Assembly: GCA_951406725.2 (NCBI GenBank)
Contig: OX597835.1
Span: 25,482,001-25,546,000 of the forward strand
DNA length: 64,000 nt
Direction of reading: 5' to 3'
Source: Octopus vulgaris
Taxonomy: Eukaryota
The first letter of the stretch is position 1. The number at the start of each line of letters is the position of its first letter. Below the pieces are notes generated by a model. That model was given only the letters and a program-made list of their open reading frames with translations. It ran no database searches and was not told the origin of the DNA. Below are positions 41,701 through 53,603 of the stretch, one piece after another. Position numbers and translations under genes: made by a program.

Positions 41701-42447
41701 CAGTTACTTCCTGAAAACACTGGCGACAACAACAGCAACAACAACAATAACTATCGCAATCATTACTTATTATAGATCATCAACACCACTACCACCACCA
41801 CCTTTATCGCCCAAACAACACCACTACCAACACTGTACCACTACAGATCATACCACAAACACGACAACCAGCCGTTTTTTTTATCAGGGCAAAAAGCCAC
41901 TGTCAAATTCCAATGTGTTCAGGAGCAGGGATTAAAACTGGAATTGTTTCTGTGACGAAAGTTGCTTTCTTTAAGGTAAAAAAATAAATCGAATATCGAT
42001 CTTTTAAAGTTATTTCTTAGTTCTCTCTCTCTCTGTCTCTTTCTCTCTTTCTGTCTCTCTCTCTCTCTCTAAAAAAAAACAGCTTGATGGTGATGATAAA
42101 AAGTGTGTGTGAATAATGTACAGAATTAAATTGTTTTTAATACTTCTATCAGGACATCGTATCATTCTGGTCAATTATAGTTCTTATTCTCTGCTCTTTA
42201 ATCACTCTTAACTTCTGACCATTATTAATATACATTATATATATATATATACATATGCGTGACGAAATTATAAAATTACGTTAATTTGCTTCTTAGGCAG
42301 TCTGTTCACTGACTTGTTTATCGGATTTATCTATCTGCCCGTTTCCAGAGTTCGATTTCCTATGACTAGATCTGTGAACACTTGATTGCCTCATATTTAT
42401 ATATAAGCCCACACACACACACACACGCACGTCTGTCTGTCTGACTT

Positions 42448-42662
<215 letters not shown>

Positions 42663-43309
42663 CTGTCTATTTATCTCTCTCTCTATCTATCTATCTATCT
42701 AGTTAGCTATCGATCTATCTACAAATATTCATATATACAGATGTGTGTGTGTTCAAATAAATCCTAAATTATATATATTTGTGTGTGTGTGGTTAAGAAG
42801 TTTGATTTTGTACCACAGAGTTCCAGGTTCAGTCCCACAACATAACACCTCGGCCAAGTGTCTTCTACGATAGCCCTAGGCAAACCAAAGCCTTGTGAAT
42901 GGATTTGACTGACGAAAACTGAGAGAAGCCCGTTGTGTGCGTGTGTGCGTGTATATATATATATATATATATATATACATACACACACATACATACATAC
43001 ATACATACATACATGTGTGTGTGTGTGTTGGTCTATTTACTTCCTCATAAGGTAACGGTTTGGCAAAACCAGACCGATAGTGTAAGTACCGGGCTTAAAA
43101 AAAGAAGTACCAGGAGTGATTTGTTCAATTAAACCCTTCCAGGTGGCGGTCCAGCTTGGCCCGCAATCCAGTGACTAAGCAAGTAAAAGTTACATATATA
43201 AATGTGTGTGTGTGTGTGTACATTAATAAATACGTGTATATTGAATGTATATACATTAATGTGTGTTGTCTGTGTATATATGTACATAGATTTACGATTT
43301 ACCAACCAT

Positions 43310-43349
<40 letters not shown>

Positions 43350-43402
43350 ATGGTCGATAAATCATAAATCTGAAAAATAGACCTTAGTATATAGATAAGG
43401 GT

Positions 43403-43626
43403 AGATAAGGCCGGTCTATGTGATTATCATAGTTTTCAAGTCCATAAAGTGCTTGGCTTTACCGTGTATTATCAAACGTTAAAACTTGTGGGCCTATGGC
43501 CTCTAGAAATCTAGAGGCCCTTTGCTAGAGAGGCCATAGGCCAACAGGTTAAGGGTGTGATGATACGCTGTAAACCTAAGCGCTTTATGGACTTGAAACT
43601 CAGGGTAATCCCATAAACCGGCCTTA

Positions 43627-43629
<3 letters not shown>
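43403..43629. mobile_element. Older fold-back of the PLE end seen at 34863-34962, with degenerate hammerhead
   Basis: Imperfect inverted arms agataaggccgg.../...ccggccttatct; the right arm has gTGATGA...GAAActcagggTAatccc. Confidence 0.6.
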
Positions 43630-43666
<37 letters not shown>

Positions 43667-44412
43667 CCTAACTTATCTCTCTCCCTCTCTCCACACACAC
43701 ACATCTCTATTAATAATTGTATGTGCGGGATCTGTTTTAACTTGTCTGTTTGGATGAGACATAAAGGCCAATATATACGACCAATTGTTTTTCTTTTTGT
43801 TCTATTCTGATCGCATATATTTGTCTTACATTTTTATGTAACTGTGTCTTATTATCGGCGTATCGTATCTTATTTTATTTTTTGACTCCTTATTCTTTTA
43901 TCATTGCTTGTATACGAAAGATTCTTTCATTATATCTTATGTAATTATGGAGAAGGACGGAATGCAACACTAACCAAAAATATATTGTTACAGGAATAAG
44001 CGAAACGGCAAGTGAAAAAACGAGGTACTTTTCGAAAAGTTACCCGAGGACACGCATCTGCGCCTATGATGTTTAATAATTGATTGTACAGTGTCTTACC
44101 TTGGAAGATGATGTGTCGAAACGATCGGATCGGTTTTGAAGAGTCTCGTGAATTCAATTTTCTGTGTTTAACATTTTTTATAGGTATATGTGTGTGTGTG
44201 CGTGACTTGTCTAAGAGACTACAAGTCTATTACATAGAGAGCGGTCACCATATTCCCTTCCATATCGGTTATCATTGATGAGCGTAAAGTTGTATAATCG
44301 GTTTGTTACCTAACACTCCATTATATTCTTTACACGAAACCGACTGGTAAGATCAGTCGTGATGGATATTCAATACTATACATTTCGGATAATATATATA
44401 TATATAGTATAT

Positions 44413-44462
<50 letters not shown>

Positions 44463-44863
44463 CACACACAGCACACAGACTCACACACGTACACACACAG
44501 ATAAATAAACCACATGGTTCTTGGTTCAGTCCCACTGTGTGACACCTTGGGCAAGTGTCTTCTAAAGTCTTGGGTTGACCAAGGCCTTGTGAGTGGATTT
44601 AGTAGACAGAAACTGAAAGAAGCCCATTGTATGTGTGTGTGTGTCTGTTTGTCCCTACCCATCGCCTCTTGACAACTGGTGTTGGTGTGTTTACATCCCT
44701 GTAACTTAGTGGTTTGACAAAAGCAACTGATAGAATAAGTACTAGGCTTAGAAAATAAGTCCTGGGGTCGATTTGCACAACTAGAACCCTTCAAGGTGGT
44801 GCTCCAGCATGGCTGCAGTCAAATGACTGAAACAAATAAAGGATATAATATATATATATATAT

Positions 44864-45090
44864 ACCGGAGTAAACACATAAATGTGAAACAAGGTGGAAA
44901 AAAGAGTACTCAAATACCAGTGGTAGAGTAATATGCTTTATTTAAAGCAGCAGAAAATTCAACAAAACCTCTTACTCTGAGTTTCACGTTGCTGTTCATT
45001 GGGCAGTAGCAAAAACTGTCCGATGAACGGCAACGTGAAACTCAGAGTAACAGATTTTGTTGAATTTTCTGCTGCTTTAAATAAAGTATA
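44864..45090. mobile_element. Fold-back PLE-like end in (TA)n: arms 44932-45007 and 45015-45090, tail 44864-44931
   Basis: 76-bp inverted arms, 7-nt loop, hammerhead in the arm. Confidence 0.75.
45016..45053 (+). ncRNA. Type I hammerhead ribozyme (U4C variant)
   Basis: ctgt-CCGATGA-acg-gcaa-cgt-GAAA-ctcagag-TA-acag: stems I, II (GNRA loop) and III all pair, GUA triplet. Confidence 0.72.
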
Positions 45091-45103
45091 TATATATATA
45101 TGT

Positions 45104-45291
45104 GTGTGACCGCGTGTGTACCGTTGGCGATTTTTTACCTCCGTCTTCCTTTCCTTGGATCTTTCCTTTTCCTACGTTTCTGATGAAGAGCTCCACTCAA
45201 AACGTTAAATCCTCTTTCTTTCCTTTCCTGAGCGTCCAATAACATTATACTTGTTCCATGTCCCCGCGTTATTGTGTTTTCATGTTTGGAT

Positions 45292-45297
<6 letters not shown>
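45104..45297 (+). mobile_element. Second copy of the 17127-17311 hammerhead-bearing unit (CTGATGA 45180-45186, GAAA mutated to AAAA)
   Basis: Same start tgtgaccgcgtgtgtaccgttggcg and same end catgtttggattaac-(TA)n. Confidence 0.7.
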
Positions 45298-45322
<25 letters not shown>

Positions 45323-45779
45323 GGAGACAAGTTCACAAGTGCAGAATATACACTGCAGTAACTTATCTATCAATAACATGCATTGTGTAGGATATGCTGG
45401 TGACCACCACATATATTTATATATGTATATTACTACTACGACCACCGGTCTCTACTACTATTGCTATTACACCTAACGGTCACTTTCACTATTACAACCA
45501 ATGATTCTAGTCAACTTTTCTTTTATTACACTTAACTTTTAAAAATATATATTTTTGATAAGGTTCGTTTCTTTCAAGAAGAACCAAAACATGTAAAATC
45601 TCTCAGAAAATTAAAATTTATCTTATATAGTGGCGTTTTCAAACTTCTTTTTTTATATCTACCTGTCTATCTATCTATCTATTTATCTATCTATCTATCT
45701 TTATATGTTTGTATGTGTGTATGTGTATATACATATCTATGTATATACCTATATATATTGTTCTTGCTAAAATTATCAG

Positions 45780-46216
45780 ATAAGCAACAGTCAACAGTCA
45801 AATTTCTCACATGAGTAACAGATATGTACTCTAGAAAATGTATTGAGTAATCTTTCAGCTTCAATGCAAAAGAATTGTTTTACTGTAACTTGACATATGC
45901 TAGCGTGGAAAGTGGACGTTAAACGATGATGATGATGATGATGATGATGATGATATATACACACACACACACATATATATATACACAAATATGTACATTC
46001 ATATGTATATATATCTATATATCTATATATATAGAGAGAGATATATTCACATATATGTACTATAAGTACAACACACACACACCTGTGAATGTTTGCTTTA
46101 TGTCAAGTTACAGTAAAACAATTCTTTTGCATTGAAGCTGAAAGATTACTCAATACATTTTCTAGAGTACATATCTGTTACTCATGTGGGAAATTTGACT
46201 GTTGACTGTTGCTTAT
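45780..46216. repeat. Inverted repeat: arms 45780-45897 and 46099-46216
   Basis: 118-bp arms with 1 mismatch; the 201-nt spacer holds a SINE tail and microsatellite. Confidence 0.85.
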
Positions 46217-46650
46217 ATATAGGCGCAGGAGTGGCTGTATGGTAAGTAGCTTGCTAACCAACGACATGGTTCTGGGTTCAGTCCCACTGCGTGGCATCTT
46301 GGGCAAGTGTCTTCTGTTATAGCCCCGGGCCGACCAATGCCTTGTGAGTGGATTTGGTAGACGGAAACTGAAAGAAGCCTGTCGTATATATGTATATATG
46401 TATGTGTGTGTGTGTGTTTATCCCCCTAGCATTGCTTGACAACTGATGCTGGTGTGTTTACGTCCCTATCACTTAGCGGTTCGGCAAAAGAGACCGATAG
46501 AATAAGTACTGGGCTTACAAAGAATAAGTCCCGGGGTTGATTTGCTTGACTAAAGGCGGTGCTCCAGCATGGCTGCAGTCAAATGACTGAAACAAGTAAA
46601 AGAGTATATATATATAAATAAATATATATTTATGTATGTATATGTATATA

Positions 46651-48133
46651 TTGGGTAATCCCATTAACAATGTGGTTTTTTATACTTCTTTTATTTTTCA
46701 AAATTAAGATAAAGTTCCTTTTTAATCTAAAATATACCCTCCTTCATTCTCTACAACGCTCTTCCATTTATGTGGTAGACTTGCAAAACCTCTCTCCCAA
46801 AATTCACTTGTGTCTGATGAAAAATACTCCTCTTGTTCTGTTCTGATCTTGTCTACAGAATTCATATTTTCTTCATTCAAATGATTTTGAAGACTGCAGA
46901 ATAAATGACAATCAGCAATGTCCAGCGATTATGGTGGGTGAGGCATCATTTCACATTCAAACTGCTACAACTTTTGGAATGTCATCCTCGTTGTATGTAG
47001 CTGAGCATTATCCTGATGGAAGAACACCTTTCATCTTGAAATCAAAGATGGTCATTTTTCTTCTAGTGTTGACTTAAGCCACTCAAGCTTAACCCTTTAG
47101 TGTTCAGATTAGTCTATCAAACATAATGCCTATTGATTCCCATTGATTTGAATTAATCATGCATTATCTCATATCTTCTAGATATTGATGGTGTAATTAC
47201 TTCATGTAGAATAACATTATAGGGTAGGTGTGAGAGCCTGGATCTGGTCAGTTTGAACATAAAACAGATTAAATATTTTGGCTGGATATGGCCGGTTTAA
47301 ATACTAAAGGGTTAAGCTGCAGTAGATCTCTGTTGTTATGGTTTGGTTTGTGCTTAAAAGTTTGAAGCAGACAAAACCTTTCATATTCCACCAAACAGAT
47401 AACTACACCTTACATGGGTGAAGACTTCCTTTAGCCTAGAGTTCCAGTGCTTCTCTTTTGCTACCCATTGTCTTTGGCACTTGACATTTTTATAGAGAAC
47501 CCATTTCTCGTCACCAGTCACTATTCGGTCCAAAAAATGGTTCATTCATGAGACTTGACAGCAAAGAAGATTACACATTCCCTCTCTGTGCGCAATTAGA
47601 CTCGGAAAGTTTGTGAAGAACCTATTGACTCAATTTTCTGACTTTTCCGTTGACATGCAGCTGTTAATAAATGGTTGAATGACTAAATTCTCAACAGTTA
47701 CAATGGGATTTTGTTCTACCAGGGTTTGCAGGACGTCCTCATCAAGCTCTAAAGATCTTCCAGGATGAGGCTTGTCTTCTAGGCTGTAGTTTCCAGCTCA
47801 GGATTTCTGGAACCACCATTGACGCTGGCTTATGCTTATTTCCTGATCCCCATATACTGCATTAATATTCCTCGCACTTTCTGTTGTGTTGTTGCCTTTA
47901 TTGAACTCATTAAGCAAAATATGCCAAATATGCTCTTTTGTCACTTCCATTATAACTCTGAAAAGATAACTGTTAAAATCGGACTGCACTCTTCAAAACT
48001 TGCACTAAGAATAAGGATAACCTAAAATTGCTACCTGCTTTTACAGCAAGTTGATACAGGTAGTTTATCCCATCCCGCTCTGACTTTTAGTTCATGCTAT
48101 TGAAAAAACTGCACTATTTATGGGATAACCCAA
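46651..48133 (-). mobile_element. Full-span degenerate mariner transposon (Hsmar1/SETMAR-like transposase pseudogene)
   Basis: TIRs ttgggtaatcccat / atgggataacccaa with TA flanks; MEVTKEHIWHILLNEFNKGNNTTESARNINAVYG and LDRIVTGDEKWVLY. Confidence 0.9.
47093..47311. mobile_element. piggyBac-type MITE nested in the mariner
   Basis: TTAA at 47089-47092 and 47312-47315; ccctttagt...actaaaggg ends. Confidence 0.8.
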
Positions 48134-48189
48134 TATATATATATATATATATATGCATGTCTATAGATATGTACACATGCATTTATGTA

Positions 48190-48227
<38 letters not shown>

Positions 48228-48457
48228 AAATAATATACATATATATATATAATAAAGGTGGCCCATTTATGATTTGAAACTGAAGGGCAGAAGCACAGAT
48301 GTCACTAAAGTGACTAACTTACAAGTGCTTCCTTGTGCCTATGAGTTGTTTAGATTCCTATTTCTAGCAATGCTGGTGCTCTTAGTCACTTTAGTGATGT
48401 CCATATATATATATATAACAAAAGAGGGGGTGTATTTCCATGCAGGGAAATATATCT

Positions 48458-48662
48458 GCAAATTTGTCGTTGAAAATGCACCTAAATTTGGAAAACTTGT
48501 GATTGTCTATTTGCATATACACCAAACTAGTTTTTTTAGAATTATTCTACCATTGATAAACAAAATATATTGTTGAAACTAGTTTGGCATCTATGTAAAT
48601 AAATTTATTTTAAACATTTACAAGTTTTTCAAATTTAGGCGCATTTTCAACAATAAATTTGC
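48458..48662. repeat. Degenerate fold-back between (TA)n tracts
   Basis: gcaaatttgtcgttgaaaatgcacctaaatttggaaaacttgt is inverted at 48620-48662; inner pair ccaaactagttt/aaactagtttgg. Confidence 0.65.
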
Positions 48663-50269
48663 CTATATATATATATGTATAATTTTTATAATTATGGGTA
48701 TAATTATAATTAGGGTTCAGCAAAAACGAAATTTAGAAATAGCAGCCAAAAGACTAGCTATTTCTCTACCATAAGAAAATTTCCCAGACAACATATACTC
48801 AAAACAATCCACGTAGGCAAAGTGAAAAAATAACGAATTCACCCGGCATTTGATTAACTGTAGACACGTTTTGGAGTTTGATAGATATGAAAAATGCAAA
48901 AACCACATTTCCATTCTATCATTCTCTATCAATTACCTTTTGTCATTGAGACTAAAGGTGTAAGGTAATATTGAATAAGTGTTATAGATAGACCATAGTT
49001 AAGTTCCAGGTTCAGTGATTTTATGAATACAGGGTTCAACGTTGGTCATATGTCAGCGTGTATATATAAGTAATTTGTTTACGTAATGAGATAAAAAATC
49101 AAGGCTGTGTAGACTTTAGAACATTGAGTTACATAATAGTGGTTTTATCTCTAATTTATATTTTATATATATATATATATACATTATATATACACACACC
49201 CATATGAATATATATATCATTATTATCATCAAATGATGATGATGATATATATATTCATATGGGTGTGTGTATATGTGTAGGTATATAATGTATGTATACA
49301 GGTATTCATTTATTCTTTTACTTGTTTCAGTCATTTGACTGCGACCGTGCTGGAGCACTGCCTTAAAGGGTTTTAGTTGAAGAAATTGACTCCAGGACTT
49401 ATTCTTTGTAAGCCTAGTACTTATTATATTGGTCTGTTTTGCCGAACTACTAAGTTATGGGGACGTAAACATACCACCATCGGTTGTCAAGTGATGGCAG
49501 GGGAACAAACAGATACACACATAAATGTACACTCACACACATACACACACACACACACACACATATTTGCGATTCAACAAGATTTTGTGTTTTTATCGAA
49601 AATGAAGATGAACACCATTCCTCCATGTGGTTGGTTTGAAAAACTGTCAAGATATTAAAACAATTTTCTTAACATGAAACCAATGATAGCCTTAATTCAC
49701 AAATAAAGAAATTCTGTCTAACAATGCAGTGTTGAGCACTCATTTTCATCATTTGACATTTATATATATATATATACATATATATAAATACATACAAATA
49801 TATATATATATATATGCCCATATATGCATGTGTATACAAATATATGTATGTAGCTTGCTTCCCAACCACATGATTCTTGGTTCAGTCCCACTGTGTGGCA
49901 CTTTCGGCAAGTATCTTCGACTGTAGCCTCGGGCCAACCAAAGCCTTGTGAGTGGATTTGGTAGACGGAAACTGAAAGAAGCCCATTGTATATATGTATA
50001 TATGTGTGTGTGTGTGTTTATATATGTTTGTGTGTCTGTGTTTGTCCCCCCACCATCACTTGACAAAAAGTGCTGGTGTGATTATGCCCCCGTAACTTAA
50101 TGGTTTGGCAAAAGAGACTGATAGAATAAGTACTAGGCTTGCAAAGAATGAGTCCTGGGGTTGATGTGTTTAACTAAAGGCAGTGCTCCAGCATGGCTGC
50201 AGTCAAATGACTGAAACAAATAAAGGAGTAAAAGAGTAACTGGCACTCCATCAGTTACAATGACAACAT

Positions 50270-50520
50270 GAAGAGGGTTTCTTCAAAGCAGTCATTGGAC
50301 CAGAGCTTCTCTATGACTCTTAGTGGTACATATACAAAAATGCTTCATGCAGTTCTCAATCTTTCTTGGCAGCAACATTCTCCAAAGTAGTGAGTGTACA
50401 GCAAGCTTCCTACCACCACCTCAGTAATCCGAGAAAGAAGAACACATTATGCAAGACACTGCTGGAGAAGCAAGGATGAAACATCCAGGGATCTCCTTCT
50501 CAGGAAACCCATGCATGTAA
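50270..50520 (+). mobile_element. RTE-group LINE fragment; related minus-strand pieces at about 55300-55500 and 59930-60190
   Basis: GTYTKMLHAVLNLSWQQH...YSKLP...VIRERRTHYARHCWRSKDE..RDLLL. Confidence 0.6.
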
Positions 50521-53500
50521 AAGAGCATAGGGCTGGTTTCCTGGTTTCTCTCGCGTATATATATTCCTCCCTTGATGAGACACCAGTCAGTCATAGGGTT
50601 ATTTGTTTTTACTTGTTGAGTGGACTGGAACAATGTGAAATGAAGTGTTTTGCTCAAGAATACAATGCAATTGCCTGGTCCTGGAGTTGAAACCACAACC
50701 TGATCACTAAGCCATATACCTTCACATCAAAGACTAATAAGAAAATATTAACAAAAATCCTTATTAAATTATGTGGAACTCAAAAGAAAAGAAAGCAAAA
50801 AAAACATGGCTTAAGGACTAGTCCAAGAATTGAAACCATAATCCAAAGATTACAAGGCCAAGAGCCTGACCACTAAGCCATGTGCCTCCACATTAAAATC
50901 TAATAAGAAAATATTAGCAAAAATCCTTTTTAAAAAACACGGAACTCGAAAACATGGTTCATTGCCTGGAATCGAAACCACAATGTTATGAGTGAAACAC
51001 CTTGGCCATTAAGCCATGGGTCTCCACATTGATGACTAATGGGAAAATATTAGCAAAAATCCTTATTAAAGAATATGACTCTGCCTTTAATGCAACATAA
51101 ACTCACACACATGATGGAGCCTATCCTCTTCAGGTTTAAATATGGTTGATATCTTTCTGAGAGAAAGAAAATAAGAGAGAAGAAGCTTCGATCCCAGCAC
51201 TGGACAAGTACTTGATGTACCAACCCCTGAAAAGATGGAGGGCAAAGTTGACCTTTGTAGGGATTGAAACCAAAGTGGAAAGAACTGGAATGGCTATCAC
51301 TAGGCATCCTGTCTAATGCTGTAATGACTCTGCCAATTTGCCACTTTAATTAGTCTTTGTATATTGAGCTCTTATGTAAATACTGTGTGCCCAAATACTC
51401 ATTAATGAGTGCCTAAATACTCGTTAACTCAGATTTCTTGTGTGTTTTTATTTGATTTATAAATCAATAACATTTTTTTCTTTTGTGTGTCTCTAAAACT
51501 GTCAGCCGAGCTACCTGACTGACGACTTGCAGAGGTACCGAATAACTATTGATCTATTGATTATTTATCCATACTTACAGGTGTTGTGAGTCCATATAGT
51601 ATACATAAATAAATAAATATATGCTCGCACGCATGCAGATATATACATTTACAAGTACTTACACCCAAACACAAACACACATGTATAGCAAATTAGCTGG
51701 TAAATTGTATTTATTATGCAACAGTGGAAGGCTGCGACTGCTTTAGTGGAGAACGAAGGGGACTCTGAATGAAGTTGTGATTATCAAGTTACATTCACTA
51801 CAATAGAGGCCCAATCAAGATCGATCTGATACTGAGAATGGTGATACACACAGACAGACAGACAGATACACACACGTGTATGTTGTGTAGGTCCTAATGG
51901 GAGAGAAAATTCAGTGTATTTTTCCAATGCAGCATTTAATCTGAATTCCTGGCTATCTACACCCTCATATTGAAACTTTGAGAAAAATCCCAACTTCACT
52001 GGTGCTGAGAGTCCAGTTACATCACCGCCCCCACTAGAGCCAAAACCACCACCACCACCACCACCACCACCACCACAACTATCACCACCATCATCATTTA
52101 ACGTCCATTTTCCATGCTGGCATGGGTTAGATGGTTTGACTAGAGCTGGAAAGCCAGAGAGCTGCACCAAGCTCCCAGTTGTCTGTTCTGGCTTGGTTTC
52201 TTTGGTCGGATGCTCTTCCTAATGCCAACCACTCTACAGAGTGTACTGGGTGTCTTTTAGATGTCACTGTCACGGGTACATTCTATGCATCACCAGCACG
52301 AGTGCCTTTTATGTATCATTGGCACACGTGCCTTTTCATGTCACTGGCCCAGGTGCCTTTTATGTGTTACTGGCATTGGCCATGACCACAATTTCACTTA
52401 GCTTGACATGTTTTCTCAAGAACTGCAAATCACCAGAAGTCTCAATCATTTGTAATTTCCTCTGTGAGACTCAACAAGTGAAGATTATATTTCCCCACTT
52501 TGTCCCGCGTTTCCTTGGGTCTACCTCTTCCGCAGGTTCCATCTACAGTTAGAGAGTGGCACTTCGTTTAGTAGCTGCTACCTCTTTCATAAATGCTGTG
52601 TGTAAATCTTGAGAAGAGAAACACGTATAGATAAGAGTAAAGGGTAAGGTCCCTCTTCGGCCATGAATGACCATGGGATTGCACCTAGAAAGTTCTCCGA
52701 GACACAAATCCGGGCAAGGTTGTTTATGGAAGACCAGCAGTTGCCCATGCATACCAGCCTCCGCTCTCCATGCCACTGATGTTGTCCAAGGGAAAGGCAA
52801 AGGGTCCGATACAGCTTGGCACCAGTGATGTCACAACTCATTTCTACAGCTGAGTGAACTGGAGCAGCGTGAAATAAAGTGTCTTGCTCAAGAACAAAAC
52901 ACACAACCCGGTCCGGGAATCAAACTCACTACCTCATGATTGTGAGCCAAACCACTGAGCCATGTGCCTTCATTTAGGGATCGCACCCAGAAAGTTCCCT
53001 TCTGAGGCACAAGTCCCAGTAAGGTTGTTTACAGAAGACCAGCATTCACCCATGCATACCAGCCTCCCCTCTCCACGCCACTGATGCTGTCCAAGGGAAA
53101 GGCAAAGGGTCCGATACAGATCAGTACCAGTGACACCGCAACTTATTTCTGCAGCTGAGTGAACTGGAGCAACATGAAATGAAGTGTCTTGCTCAAGAAC
53201 ACAACACACAGCCCGGTCTGGGAATCGAACTCACTACTTCATGATTGAGAGCCCAACATTGTAACTACTGAGTCATGAATATAGCAGGACTTTATCATCA
53301 GTTACAATTGCTTCTGTATCTCTTCATTTTAAAAGCCATTGCATATAAATATTTCTGTGTGAAAAATTGTGCAATATATGAATATATATTGCAGGAGTGG
53401 TTGTGTGGTAAGTAGCTCGCTTACCCATCATATGGTTCCGGGTTCAGTCCCACTGCGTGGCATCTTGGGCAAGTGTCTTCTACTATAGCCTCGGGCCGAC

Positions 53501-53552
53501 CAAAGCCTTGTGAGTGGATTTGGTAGACGGAAACTGAAAGAAGCGCGTTGTA

Positions 53553-53603
<51 letters not shown>

